Origin: Alphaproteobacteria bacterium
Lineage (GTDB): Bacteria > Pseudomonadota > Alphaproteobacteria > UBA828
Direction of reading: 5' to 3'
Length of the DNA stretch: 64,000 nt
Assembly (NCBI GenBank): GCA_965214705.1
Contig: OZ243972.1
Coordinates: forward strand, 3,488,001-3,552,000
Shown here: piece after piece, positions 9,808-19,422 of the stretch
Layout of the letters: every line of letters begins with the position of its first letter
Numbering within the stretch: the stretch's first letter is position 1
The notes under the pieces: model-generated
Told to the model about the DNA's origin: nothing
What the model saw: the letters and a program-made list of their open reading frames with translations, nothing else
Database searches by the model: none
Made by a program: the position numbers and the translations under genes

Positions 9808-11673
9808 ATGCAGGCCGCTACCATCCAGAGAAGGGTCGAATCACTGCCGACCTTGTCGCGGTCGGGCAAACGGATAAACGGCCTTCACCGCCTGTTGAGA
9901 TCGTCGTATCTCTTCGAGCGGGCCTACGACAGGGTCTCCCGCAACAAGGGAGCCCTGACGCCGGGAATCGACGGCGAGACCTTCGACGGCATGTCGCTGG
10001 AGAAGCTGGCCGACATCGCTCGGCGCGTGGCGGAAGGCAAGTACCGTTTCCGACCCGTCCGGCGGGTGTACATCCCGAAGGACAACGGCAAGACACGACC
10101 GCTGGGTATCCCCACGGTGGAGGACCGGCTCGTCCAAGAGGCGGTCAGGACCATCCTCGAAGCGATCTACGAACCTGTGTTCCTCGATGAGTCGCACGGG
10201 TTCCGCCCGGGGCGGTCCTGCCATAGCGCACTTAAGCGCATCAAGAAGACCTGGACGGGTTGCAAGTGGCTAATCGAAGTGGATGTGCGCGGGTTCTTCG
10301 ACAATATCGACCACGACATCCTGCTCGGGCTCCTGAGACAACGGATTGATGACGATAGGTTCATCGGTCTGATCGAAGGGATGCTCAAGGCGGGCTACAT
10401 GGAAGATTGGGTCTACGGACGCACGTACAGCGGCACACCACAGGGCGGGGTCGCCTCGCCTCTGCTCGCCAACATCTATCTCCATGAACTGGATCAGTTC
10501 ATGGAGACGATGAGAGCGGGCTTCGACAAAGGCCGCAAGCGACGCCCACTCCCGCGTTATGTGGCGCTGGAGTGGCGCGTTCGCCGCCTCCGCCGAAAGA
10601 TTGAGCGGCGCCGTGCCGAAGGCGCGGAGCAGGCCGAGATCGACGCCGCGCTGGCGAAGATCAAGGCCATCAACAAGGAGAGGCGGAAGGTGCCATCCGT
10701 CGATCCCATGGACCCCAACTTCAAAAGGCTCCGCTATTGCCGCTACGCCGACGACTTCCTGATCGGTGTCATTGGCAGCAAGCGGGAGGCGCGTGAGATC
10801 ATGACCTCCGTCGAACGTTTCCTGACGGAGATACTGAAGCTCACCGTCGCGCCTGAGAAAAGTGGTGTCCACGCCGCCTCAAAGGGGGTGACTTTCCTCG
10901 GTTACCGCGTCTCGGCTTACAAGTCCCGTGGGGCTGGGCGGAAATCCAGCCGCACGGGTCCCGGAGGAAGGACCTGGCATGTAGTACGCCGCCCGACCGC
11001 CGGCAATATGAGCTTGAGGGTGCCACGCAAGGAAGTCACGGCGTTCTGCCGGCGACACGGCTATGGCGATCTTGCCACAAAGAATGGCTGTCGCCGCCAG
11101 CAGTTCGTCCATTCCAGCGATCGAAATATCGTCCTCGCCTATAACTCGGAGTTCCGTGGCTTCGTGAACTACTACTCGTTTGCCGATGACGTCAAAAGCG
11201 CCCTGGGGCCGCTGGAGCTGGTTGTGCTCCGCAGCTTCGTAAAGACGCTGGCGATGCGACATCGGACGACGACCGCGAAGATTGCGAAGCGACTGAGGAA
11301 AGGCACGGATTACGAGGTTGCCTCGCGAATCCGTGGTGAAGTCCGTAGCCTGAAACTGTGGCGATTGAAGCATCTGACCCGAACCTTTTGGACGAGTCCG
11401 AACATCGACGACGTGACAAAAGGTGCGTGGTGGGTCAAAGGCCCGAACGATCTTGTTGACCGTCTCAACGCCCGTGAATGCGAGGCGTGTGGCGACACGA
11501 CCGGACCGTTCGTGATGCATCACCGCCGCGGTGCTCGGGACCGGCGGACCCAAACGTGGACGAACCGGAGCCTGCCGGCGGTGCAACGCAGAACGATTGT
11601 TCTGTGTCCAAGCTGCCGCCAGAACGTCGACTCCATCCGGCAGAAATCACATATGGAGAGCCGTGTGCATTGA
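9808..11673 (+). CDS. ltrA: Group II intron RT/maturase with C-terminal degenerate HNH domain
   Basis: NKGALTPGIDG, RPLGIPT, GTPQGG, RYADDF, C-terminal CEAC...HH...CPSC. Confidence 0.95.
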   Translation: MQAATIQRRVESLPTLSRSGKRINGLHRLLRSSYLFERAYDRVSRNKGALTPGIDGETFDGMSLEKLADIARRVAEGKYRFRPVRRVYIPKDNGKTRPLGIPTVEDRLVQEAVRTILEAIYEPVFLDESHGFRPGRSCHSALKRIKKTWTGCKWLIEVDVRGFFDNIDHDILLGLLRQRIDDDRFIGLIEGMLKAGYMEDWVYGRTYSGTPQGGVASPLLANIYLHELDQFMETMRAGFDKGRKRRPLPRYVALEWRVRRLRRKIERRRAEGAEQAEIDAALAKIKAINKERRKVPSVDPMDPNFKRLRYCRYADDFLIGVIGSKREAREIMTSVERFLTEILKLTVAPEKSGVHAASKGVTFLGYRVSAYKSRGAGRKSSRTGPGGRTWHVVRRPTAGNMSLRVPRKEVTAFCRRHGYGDLATKNGCRRQQFVHSSDRNIVLAYNSEFRGFVNYYSFADDVKSALGPLELVVLRSFVKTLAMRHRTTTAKIAKRLRKGTDYEVASRIRGEVRSLKLWRLKHLTRTFWTSPNIDDVTKGAWWVKGPNDLVDRLNARECEACGDTTGPFVMHHRRGARDRRTQTWTNRSLPAVQRRTIVLCPSCRQNVDSIRQKSHMESRVH

Positions 11674-12131
11674 AAGGTGCATGCACGGTTCGGAGGGAGG
11701 CGCAGGAGTATCCTCTTTGGAGGTGCTCCGCGCCTACCCTATCGAAGACCGCGAAGCGGGCTTCGTGGAGCCGGGCGGGGCGAAGCCGCGCCCGGCGGAA
11801 TAGCGCCCGGCGACCGGTCCGAAGGACCGGGCGGGCGCCCTTACCTTTCTGCCGGACAGGCCGGCGATATCGAGTCGCCAACGATCCGGCACGGGAGCAG
11901 GCAACGCGCCCGAAGGGGCGAGGAGTCGTCGAGCAAGGCACCGGAGGATCGCTTGTTGGCGGCGTTCGATGCGATGTCGGAAGGAGGGAGGCCCGGGTGG
12001 GTGGCGCGAAGCGGGACACTGGGAACGTTGCAAAAAAGGCCGACCCGCGGCGATGCCGGGATCGGCCCCTGGTGTGTCGTGGGGAAGGTTGGCTGCTCCC
12101 GGCGGCCGCGAGGCCGCTGGAAGGCGGGCGA

Positions 12132-12371
12132 TCACGGGGCGCGGTCGCCGGCGCCGAAGACGATGTCGGGGCGGTTGGACCAGACGGCGGAGCGCTCGTC
12201 GCCGTCGGCGAGGTAAACGACGGTGATCTCCTCGGGGTGCTCGGCGACGCGCGCCCTGGCTTCTTCCCAAGCCGCGCGCTTCTCGTCGAACCCGGGTTCG
12301 GTCTCGAAGCGGTCGGTCCAGAGTATCGAGCCCGGGCCGACGAAGGTCGTCACGGTGTAGCGTTCGGTCAT
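12132..12371 (-). CDS. Hypothetical protein, 79 aa
   Basis: GGGAG RBS, plausible codon use, one of a row of small co-oriented genes. Confidence 0.65.
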   Translation of the reverse strand: MTERYTVTTFVGPGSILWTDRFETEPGFDEKRAAWEEARARVAEHPEEITVVYLADGDERSAVWSNRPDIVFGAGDRAP

Positions 12372-12474
12372 CGCGTGCTCCCTGCGATAGCGTTCGCCCT
12401 TCTCGAAGCCGATCTCTTCTCCATTGCGGGAACGGGGAGGGCCGCTTCCCCGGAAGGGAGGCGGCCCGATGAGG

Positions 12475-12804
12475 CTAGTCGGCGGCGAGCCGTTCCTCCG
12501 CCCACAGTGCGGCGCGGGCGAGGACGTGGCCGTGGCAGGGGAGCGGATCGCACCAGCATGCCAGGCGGCATCCGGCGAGCTGCGCGAGCTCCTCCAGTCC
12601 GAGATTCCCGGTGCGAACGCGATGCCAGAGATCGTCGCGGTAGAGGGCGATCACCGCGTCGCGGTCGCCGTCGACTCCCAGCCTGAACGGGTTTCCCCAT
12701 TCGGTCCGGCGGTCGATCAGGACGATGTCTTCGTGGATGGACGAGCGTTCGAGGATGGCGCGGATGCGGGGTTCGTTCCTGAGGTTCAGAACGGATTCGG
12801 TCAT
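12475..12804 (-). CDS. DUF4326-family protein
   Basis: IDRRTEWGNPF...LACWCDPLPCHGHVL signature. Confidence 0.85.
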   Translation of the reverse strand: MTESVLNLRNEPRIRAILERSSIHEDIVLIDRRTEWGNPFRLGVDGDRDAVIALYRDDLWHRVRTGNLGLEELAQLAGCRLACWCDPLPCHGHVLARAALWAEERLAAD

Positions 12805-12928
12805 CGGCTTGCTCCTTCCCTGCCGGTTCGCCCTCGGGGAAGCTTTTCTCTCCTCGGGCGGGTCTGGGGTTCCGGGAGGCCGGCAAGAGAAAGGCCGGTC
12901 CCGCGCGCTGCGGAACCGGCCGGGAGGG

Positions 12929-13312
12929 TCAGGCGAAGAGGGGATCGGTGTCGGTGACGCTCTTCACGATGCGCTCGACCTGGTCCCAGCCGTCGAGCCC
13001 GTAGACGGTGGGGTGGTGGTCGAACTTGAGATCCAGGCCGCCGCAGGCGTGGCGGTCGACGTGGAAGACGCGTCCGATCACGTCGTCGCCGCGGAAGACC
13101 AGGGAGAGGGCGGGGTCGACGTCGCGGAAGCGGATGCGCTTGCGCGCGCGGTCGTACATGGCATCCCCGTACGCGTCGCCCTGTCCGAGCCAGTCGGCGG
13201 CGGTGAAGCCGTCGGCGTCGGTCGGGGTGGGCGTGTCCTGGCCGCACGAGGGGCACCAGATCGCGTTGTATTCCGGACCGCGATCGCCGCAGCCGCTGCA
13301 TTTCCATCCCAT
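12929..13312 (-). CDS. Hypothetical Zn-ribbon protein
   Basis: MGWKCSGC...WCPSCG; AAAGGAG RBS before ATG 13312. Confidence 0.7.
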   Translation of the reverse strand: MGWKCSGCGDRGPEYNAIWCPSCGQDTPTPTDADGFTAADWLGQGDAYGDAMYDRARKRIRFRDVDPALSLVFRGDDVIGRVFHVDRHACGGLDLKFDHHPTVYGLDGWDQVERIVKSVTDTDPLFA

Positions 13313-13399
13313 CGGGAGTCTCCTTTCCACATGCGTTCACCCTCTCCGAAGCTGTTCTCCTCTCCCGCGGCGGCGCGGATCCGGGAAGAGCCGCAAAAA

Positions 13400-13434
13400 G
13401 GGGCCGATCCCTCGACGAAGCGAGGGACCGGCCC
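13400..13434 (-). terminator. Rho-independent terminator-like hairpin after the DUF2493 gene
   Basis: GGGCCG...CGGCCC stem followed by a T-run on the minus strand; similar hairpins at about 12439-12467 and 12892-12921. Confidence 0.55.
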
Positions 13435-13458
13435 TGGCGGGCGGCAGGCGCGCCGGCC

Positions 13459-14478
13459 TCAGGCGGCGACGTGATGGACCGGGATGCCGAGCTGGCGGGC
13501 CTTGTCGACGAGGTTGCCGGTGATCCCGGAACCGGGGAACGCGATGACGCCCTTCGGGAGCAGGTTCAGCAGTTCGTCGTTGCGCCGGAACGGCGCGGCC
13601 TTGCCGTGCGCGTTCCAGTCCGGGCGGCAGACCACCTGGTCGACGCCGCGCGCGTCCGCCCAGCTCGCCGCGATCTTCTCGAAGCCGGGTCCGCCGCCGT
13701 GCAGCAGCACCATGTCGCCGTGCTTCTCGCGGGCGCGGTCGAGCGTGGACCACACCGCGTCCGCGTCGGCGACGTTCTTCCCGCCCGTGATGGCGACGAG
13801 CGTGCCGTCCGGCAGGTGAGCCTGGGTCTCGCGGTCCTTCCGTGCGCGCCGGAAGTCGCGGGCGTCGATGGCGGCCGAGGTGAGCCGGCGCGTCTGCGAG
13901 GTGTGCGATCCGTGCCGCGGGTGCCAGACCTGGCCGGTCTCGACGCGGTAGGCGTCCGAAGCGAAGTCGCGCATCTTCTCGAACGCGTCGCGGCGGCGGC
14001 CGAGGTCGTGGGCGCGGTCGGTGAGGTGCTCCAGCTCGAGGGCCTTCACCTCGGTGCCGTCCTGGGCGCGTTCGAGGTCGCGCATCTGCTGAACGATCCG
14101 GTCGACGGTGCGGTCGATCCGCTGGGCCTGGGCGTGCAGCATGTTCACGAAGCCCCACAGCAGGCTCTCGCGCTCGTCGGCGAGCTGCGTGCCGTCGGGG
14201 GCGACGCTCTGGATCAGGGTGTGCACGGTCTGCTCGATGCCGGCGATGGCCTCGTCCTCGTCCCAGACGAAGCGGTTGTCGATCTCGTCCGGGCCGGGGG
14301 TGGCGCCGTGCAGCGCCGCGTGGTCGCAGATGGCGGCGGTGGGCGAGCTGTAGTGCCGGGGCTCGCTGACGTCGACGTCGTAGGGGTCGATGCCGGGCAT
14401 GGTGTATCCGGCCTTCGCGAAGGCGTGGCTCATCGAGGTCTCGGTGGTCTCGATATTCTGGCTGCTGGTGTCGTTCAT
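13459..14478 (-). CDS. DUF2493/YspA-like SLOG-domain protein
   Basis: VAITGG, LLHGGGPG, AAPFRRNDELL, FPGSGITGNLVDKA; start MNDTSS after AAGGAG. Confidence 0.85.
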   Translation of the reverse strand: MNDTSSQNIETTETSMSHAFAKAGYTMPGIDPYDVDVSEPRHYSSPTAAICDHAALHGATPGPDEIDNRFVWDEDEAIAGIEQTVHTLIQSVAPDGTQLADERESLLWGFVNMLHAQAQRIDRTVDRIVQQMRDLERAQDGTEVKALELEHLTDRAHDLGRRRDAFEKMRDFASDAYRVETGQVWHPRHGSHTSQTRRLTSAAIDARDFRRARKDRETQAHLPDGTLVAITGGKNVADADAVWSTLDRAREKHGDMVLLHGGGPGFEKIAASWADARGVDQVVCRPDWNAHGKAAPFRRNDELLNLLPKGVIAFPGSGITGNLVDKARQLGIPVHHVAA

Positions 14479-14531
14479 GACGCTCTCCTTCCGTGTGGTG
14501 GGCGGGTTCTCTCTCTCCTCCCCCGCCCTGT

Positions 14532-15357
14532 TCACACCGACTCCTGCTCTTCTCTCACTCCCGCGAAGCGGACGAGGGGCGCGAGGCGTGCGGCGAACGC
14601 GGCGGAGCCGAGGGCGACGAGGTCGTCGTTGAAATCGGCGCCCTCGGGAACGAGGACATGGGCGGCGACGCGCGCGGATGCGCAGCGCCGGGCGAGGCGT
14701 TCCGCCGCGCGCTCGCCTTCCGGGTCGTTGTCGCGGGCGACGACGAGCTGCGTGACGCCGGGCGGCGGCGCGAACGCGCCGAGGCTGCCGGCCGACAGCG
14801 CGGCGGCGGCGACGGTATCCGGCAGCGCGGTCACGATGGAGAGCACCGTCTCGATGCCCTCGCCGACCAGCAGCGTGCCGGCGGCGGGCACGCCGAAACG
14901 GACGGCGAGGCCGTGGACGCGGCCGAGCGCCTTGCGCGGCCGCGTCACGGAGGCCTTTGCGGGGCGCCGGGGGTCGAGCCAGGTGCGATGGACGCCCGCG
15001 ATCGCGCCGTCGTCGCCGGTCACCGCGGCGACCAGCGCCGGCAGGCGGCGCGCGCCGTCTTCGTCGCGATGGAGGAGCGCGGGGTGGAAGCGGAGCGCGG
15101 GGAAGCGGCAGCGGTGGAGGGCGCGGGCCCGGAGATAGGCCTCGGCATGGGTGCCGTCGATGGCGCGGCAGCGCTGCCACAGGCGGCGCGCCGCCTCCGT
15201 GCGGTCATAGGAGTCGGAGCCGCCATCGGTGGCGGTCGCGGGCGGCAGCGAGAGGAAGGCGCGGGCCTCCACGAGGGCGGCGCGCAGCGAGCCCGCGCCG
15301 GAGGCGATGCGGACGAGGTCGAGCAGGTCGCCGTGCTCACCCGAGCTCGCGTCGGTC
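14532..15357 (-). pseudogene. Toprim/DUF7146 primase-like protein, 5'-truncated
   Basis: GDLLDL, AEAYLRAR, GVHRTWL, VGEGIET, ARDND; N-terminus replaced by the type B element end. Confidence 0.82.
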
Positions 15358-15688
15358 TTATGTGCAGTTGAACATAATGAATTGGCCTGTATCGGTCGTG
15401 CGCAGCAGGACCGATACAGGCATTGAGCTGAGCCGCGCTGCACGGCCGTAGTGCCGGGCTATGGGGAAAGTAACCGCTGGGTGGGAGCCGATTAGGCCGA
15501 AGCGGTGCAACCTGTTGGTGTCGCTGGCGGCGCCGGCACTCTGAATCTCCACTTATCAGGTTGCGACGCGGCTGTGCAGGGGCTCGCGACGATGTTTCGC
15601 CGCCGGGCAGCACGAAGCGGGCGCAGGAGCGGTCGCGGCGCGGCGGCCGGGGGGACTGTTGTCGGACCTTGTCGGTTCTGACGCATCG

Positions 15689-16909
15689 TCACGGCGGTCG
15701 GGTATTCGTCGCCCGCATGGCTGCTTGGGGCTGCGGCTCAAGAATGACGGTTTGCCGCAGCGTTGCCTCGCCGCACTGGCGGCACACGGTGATGTCGATC
15801 CCCGTCAGTCGCAGCATCATCTGCTGCGTCGTTTCCGGCTCCCGCGGTTCAGGGGCAGGCTGGCCGAGCAGGTCTCGGCAGCGGGCGAGCTTGCGAGCCC
15901 GGCAGCGATTGGCGAGCAAGCCGTAGTGGCGCAGGCGGGTGAAGCCGCGCGGGAGGACGTGCAGGAGGAAGCGGCGGATGAACTCGTCGACGTCGAGACG
16001 CATCACCTTGACCTTGTTGCCGTCAGCGTAGTCGCGCCAACGGAAGCGAACGTGCTCGCCGTCGAAGTCGACGAGGCGATGATTGGCGATGGCAGCCTTG
16101 TGGGTGTAGCGCCCGAGATAGGCCAGAACGTGCCCGGCGCCGGCGAACGGGGCCTTGGTGTAGACCACCCAGTCGTTCGACCGCAGCGCGGTCTTCAGAC
16201 ACTCGAACTCGCGGCTGTCGTCACCACCGCCGACGACCTTGAGCCGGAGTTCGCCGTCGCGGTGCGCGGCGCCGAGGAAGTCGAGATACTTGCCGCGGAA
16301 GACCTTCGAGAGCGCGACCGTGGGGAACAGGAAGCCCTTGCGCGCGGGAGTGAGCCAGCGCTCTCTGTCCGGGCTCAGACCGCCGTCGGTGACGATACAG
16401 TGGACATGGATGTGCTGTCCCAGATTCTGCCCCCAAGTGTGCAGCACCATGGTGATGCCGAGCTCGCCGCCGAGCCAGCGGGGATTGCGGCCGAACTCGA
16501 GCAGGGTCTGGGAGGCGGCCTTGAAGAGCAGCCTGTAGATGAGCGCGGCATTGCCCTGGGCCACGGGGTTGAGCTCGTGGGGCAGGGTGAACACGACATG
16601 CCAGTAGTCGATGTCGAGCAGATCGGCGCACTGACGCTCAACCCACCTGGTCTGCGAGAGGGTCTGGCACTTGGGGCAATGACGGTTCCGGCACGAGGCG
16701 TACTGGATCGTCACCGCCCCGCAGTGATCGCATTCTGCCTTGAACCCGCCGAGCACAGCGGTGCGGCAGTTCACCAGCGCGTCGACGACCCTCTGCTGCT
16801 GGGCCGAGAGCAGATGTGTCTCGCCATAGGCGTCGCCGCGCTCGCGCAGGATGTCCGCGACCTCCAGCGCCGGCCGTGTGGCTGGCGCCGCGTGGCCGAC
16901 ATGAGCCAC
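15689..16909 (-). CDS. IS91-family transposase
   Basis: SCRNRHCPKC, HTWGQNLGQHIHVH, YLGRY. Confidence 0.93.
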   Translation of the reverse strand: MAHVGHAAPATRPALEVADILRERGDAYGETHLLSAQQQRVVDALVNCRTAVLGGFKAECDHCGAVTIQYASCRNRHCPKCQTLSQTRWVERQCADLLDIDYWHVVFTLPHELNPVAQGNAALIYRLLFKAASQTLLEFGRNPRWLGGELGITMVLHTWGQNLGQHIHVHCIVTDGGLSPDRERWLTPARKGFLFPTVALSKVFRGKYLDFLGAAHRDGELRLKVVGGGDDSREFECLKTALRSNDWVVYTKAPFAGAGHVLAYLGRYTHKAAIANHRLVDFDGEHVRFRWRDYADGNKVKVMRLDVDEFIRRFLLHVLPRGFTRLRHYGLLANRCRARKLARCRDLLGQPAPEPREPETTQQMMLRLTGIDITVCRQCGEATLRQTVILEPQPQAAMRATNTRPP

Positions 16910-16912
16910 CGG

Positions 16913-17767
16913 TCAGGCCTGGGCAGGACGCGGAAACTCCAGCAGGTCCAGGGGCGACGGCGTGGCGGACGTCTTGTCGTGAGCAAGGTGAAGGTAGCGC
17001 ATGGTCGAGCGGATTGAGGTGTGCCCGAGGCGGCGTTGGATGACATGCAGCTCGACGCCGGCCTCGAGGAGCCCGGTGGCGTAGCAATGGCGCAGCGTGT
17101 GGATCCCGCCGGGCTTGGCGATCCCGGCTTTGTCCTTGGCTCGATCGTAAACGTGTGCTGGCCCATGGCGCGTCATCGGCCGGCCGGGAATCCGACCGGG
17201 GAACAGCCAGTGCTCGGGCCGTACCCGCTGCCAGTACTCGCGCAGCTCGTCGAGCAGCCGGGGCGAGAGCGGGACGTAGCGGTCCTTGTTGCCCTTGCCC
17301 TGATCGACGCGCAGGCACATCCGCTGTGAGTCGATATCGCTGATCTGCAACCGGCCGAGCTCGCTCGCCCGAAGCCCCGCTGCATAGGCCGTCATCAGCA
17401 AGGCGCGGTGCTTGCGGTTGATGGTGACGCTGAACAGCCGCACCAGTTCGTCTTGGTTGAGCAGTACGGGCAGGGTGGAAGGCGTCTTGGCGAAGGGCAG
17501 ATAGAAGTGCGGCTCGGGCAAGCCCAGCGTGATGCGATAGAGGAAGCGGATCCCTTGGCGAGCGCTGTTGCAGCTCTGCCAAGCCAGCCCCCGCTCTTCG
17601 TGAAGAAAGATGAGGTACTCCTGGACTTCCTCCGCTGAGATGTGCTCGGGGCTGCGACCGTAGTGAACCGCGAGCCCGGAGACCGAGTTGAGGTAGGACT
17701 TCCTGGTGTTCTCGGCGAAGCCGCGAACCGTCATGTCGTTGATCATGCGCTGGCGAAGTGCCGTCAT
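16913..17767 (-). CDS. Tyrosine recombinase
   Basis: GLRASE, GKGNKDR, HTLRHCYAT, LGHTSIRSTMRY. Confidence 0.93.
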   Translation of the reverse strand: MTALRQRMINDMTVRGFAENTRKSYLNSVSGLAVHYGRSPEHISAEEVQEYLIFLHEERGLAWQSCNSARQGIRFLYRITLGLPEPHFYLPFAKTPSTLPVLLNQDELVRLFSVTINRKHRALLMTAYAAGLRASELGRLQISDIDSQRMCLRVDQGKGNKDRYVPLSPRLLDELREYWQRVRPEHWLFPGRIPGRPMTRHGPAHVYDRAKDKAGIAKPGGIHTLRHCYATGLLEAGVELHVIQRRLGHTSIRSTMRYLHLAHDKTSATPSPLDLLEFPRPAQA

Positions 17768-17987
17768 GGGGCGTCTCCCTCTGGGTTTGGTCTGTCACGA
17801 AGACACGCCCATGCTCTTGCTCGCCGGCTTGGCGGTCGACGACCATCGATCAACGAGGGAGAAACAGGATTCGACCCTGCGCCCAGACGCTGGAGCGAAC
17901 GGCCACACTCAACTTACGCGCGGCAAGGAGATCACTCTGGGCACCCGGCGGCCGAGGCGCCCCGCCGCGGAACGCGGCTCAGTTCAA

Positions 17988-18037
17988 GGTTAAGGGTTGG
18001 GCAGGCTCTCGAGAGAGAGCCTGCCCAACCCTTAACC
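17988..18037. repeat. Stand-alone 50-bp palindrome derived from the type A element terminus
   Basis: GGTTAAGGGTTGGGCAGGCTCTC-GAGA-GAGAGCCTGCCCAACCCTTAACC (23-bp arms). Confidence 0.95.
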
Positions 18038-18265
18038 TTGAGCGGCGCGGCCCAGAACCGTGGCGCCGGTGCCCGGAGACCGGTGCCGCCGGCAGCGACA
18101 ACGGGCGGCGGCAGGACGGGAACGGCGCGGCGCGAAGCGCCCAGGGCGGAAGCGGGGTCGGAGGCGGCATTGGCGGGCAGCACGGGGTGGGGCCCAGCGG
18201 CCCCTGTCCGGTTCCCGCGCGACTCCGCGCTTCGGGCCGGCGCCTCACTCCCGGTTGCGGAAGGG

Positions 18266-19081
18266 CTATGGCACTCCTGTGAGCGAGGGAGCCATCAGCG
18301 GCACGTTCGAGACGATCTCCACCTCGTCGATGCGGAGACCCAGGAAGGCCAGGCAGGCCGCCGTCTCGGCCTCGGTCTCATAGGTGCCGTGGTCGGCCCC
18401 GCTGTCCAGCTCGATCACGGTGTAGAAGGGCGGTCCCACCTGCGCGGCGTGCCAGGCGGGTGCGCGGGTATTGGAGCGGTAGGCGCAGGCAGGACAGCGC
18501 GCGGCGCCGGCCACGTGGACGCCACAATCGGTGCAACGCCCCTGCGCCCTGCGCCTGGCATAGCGCTTGCGGTCGACGGCTCTCTTGCGCTCGAGCGAGA
18601 CGCGCTCCGCTTCCAGCGCGGCGTGCCGGGCGCAGCGCGACGATCCGCCGACGGCGGGCTCTGCGCAGCGCACACAAACACCGAGTGCGCGGCGAGCGGC
18701 ATAGCGCCGGCGATCGATTGCGCGCCTTGCCTCGCGGCAGGGCTCGCAGACCGAGTGGCCGTCCTCGGGAGGATTGCGGCCGCAATTGGAGCAGAGCCCC
18801 GCGTCGCGCCACGCCCGCCGGCGCCGCCTGTCCCGGGCGCGGTCGGCGCGGCGGCAGAGATCGGGATCCCGGCCGCCGTACGGCTTTCCCTCGGCGCTGG
18901 CCCTTGCGCGCCGGTCGCGGTCGGCGGCACGGCGCTTCTCGCCGCAATCCCGGCATATCTTGAGGCCGGGCTCGGGCGGCGCCTTGCCGCACCGCGTACA
19001 CAAACCGCTCGCGAGACGCTCGGCGTGCTGCAGGCGCAGGCGGGCGCTGGCCCGCTCCCGCGCGGGGACCTGGTCGGGCAT
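18266..19081 (-). CDS. Hypothetical protein with tandem CxxC..CxxC/H zinc-finger-like repeats
   Basis: Four GxCxxC units, each followed by CxxC/H and Arg-rich helices. Confidence 0.7.
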   Translation of the reverse strand: MPDQVPARERASARLRLQHAERLASGLCTRCGKAPPEPGLKICRDCGEKRRAADRDRRARASAEGKPYGGRDPDLCRRADRARDRRRRRAWRDAGLCSNCGRNPPEDGHSVCEPCREARRAIDRRRYAARRALGVCVRCAEPAVGGSSRCARHAALEAERVSLERKRAVDRKRYARRRAQGRCTDCGVHVAGAARCPACAYRSNTRAPAWHAAQVGPPFYTVIELDSGADHGTYETEAETAACLAFLGLRIDEVEIVSNVPLMAPSLTGVP

Positions 19082-19095
19082 GACCGGTGTCCCGC

Positions 19096-19422
19096 TCAGC
19101 GCGCGTGGCGCATGAAGTCGAACCCGCAGGCCGCAACGCCCCAGATCTGCACCCCGGATGCCTTGAGATCGAGCGCCGTGCAGATGATGATCTCGTCGCG
19201 CTCGGGGCGCATCTTCCTGACCGCGCCGGCGCTCACGATGGTGCGGCGCGGCCTGCGTCCGCCCTTCTTCTCCTTCGGCTGCTCGGCCTCGACCGGGTCG
19301 ATCTGCCCGTCGGGTCGGGAGCGGAACTTCTCGACCACGTAGCGCTCCCCGTCCAGCCCCCGCCCGAACACGTGGACCAGGAACGTGTGCGCGTTGCGAT
19401 GTGACGGCCTGCGAATCCGCAT
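19096..19422 (-). CDS. Hypothetical protein
   Basis: GGGGAGG RBS; co-oriented directly upstream of the Cys-repeat gene. Confidence 0.6.
   Translation of the reverse strand: MRIRRPSHRNAHTFLVHVFGRGLDGERYVVEKFRSRPDGQIDPVEAEQPKEKKGGRRPRRTIVSAGAVRKMRPERDEIIICTALDLKASGVQIWGVAACGFDFMRHAR

Larger units (their letters stand above)
4478..11742 (+). mobile_element. Group II intron, outer (ML/IIA-like, with RT-maturase-HNH ORF)
   Basis: 5' GTGCG at 4478; domain V GAGCCGTGTGCATTGAAAGGTGCATGCACGGTTC and domain VI ending CCTACCCTAT at 11742; interrupted by the inner intron. Confidence 0.85.
15358..17987 (-). mobile_element. IS91-like/tyrosine recombinase element, type B
   Basis: Inverted repeats TTGAGCTGAGCCGCG (15423-15437) and CGCGGCTCAGTTCAA (17973-17987); hairpin tail 15358-15422; same two-gene layout as type A. 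Confidence 0.85.

Noticed and set aside
8221-11673. RTs as retron, DGR or defence RTs
   Set aside because: Both have maturase regions and are followed by group II intron domains V/VI; no template/variable repeat pair or msr-msd seen
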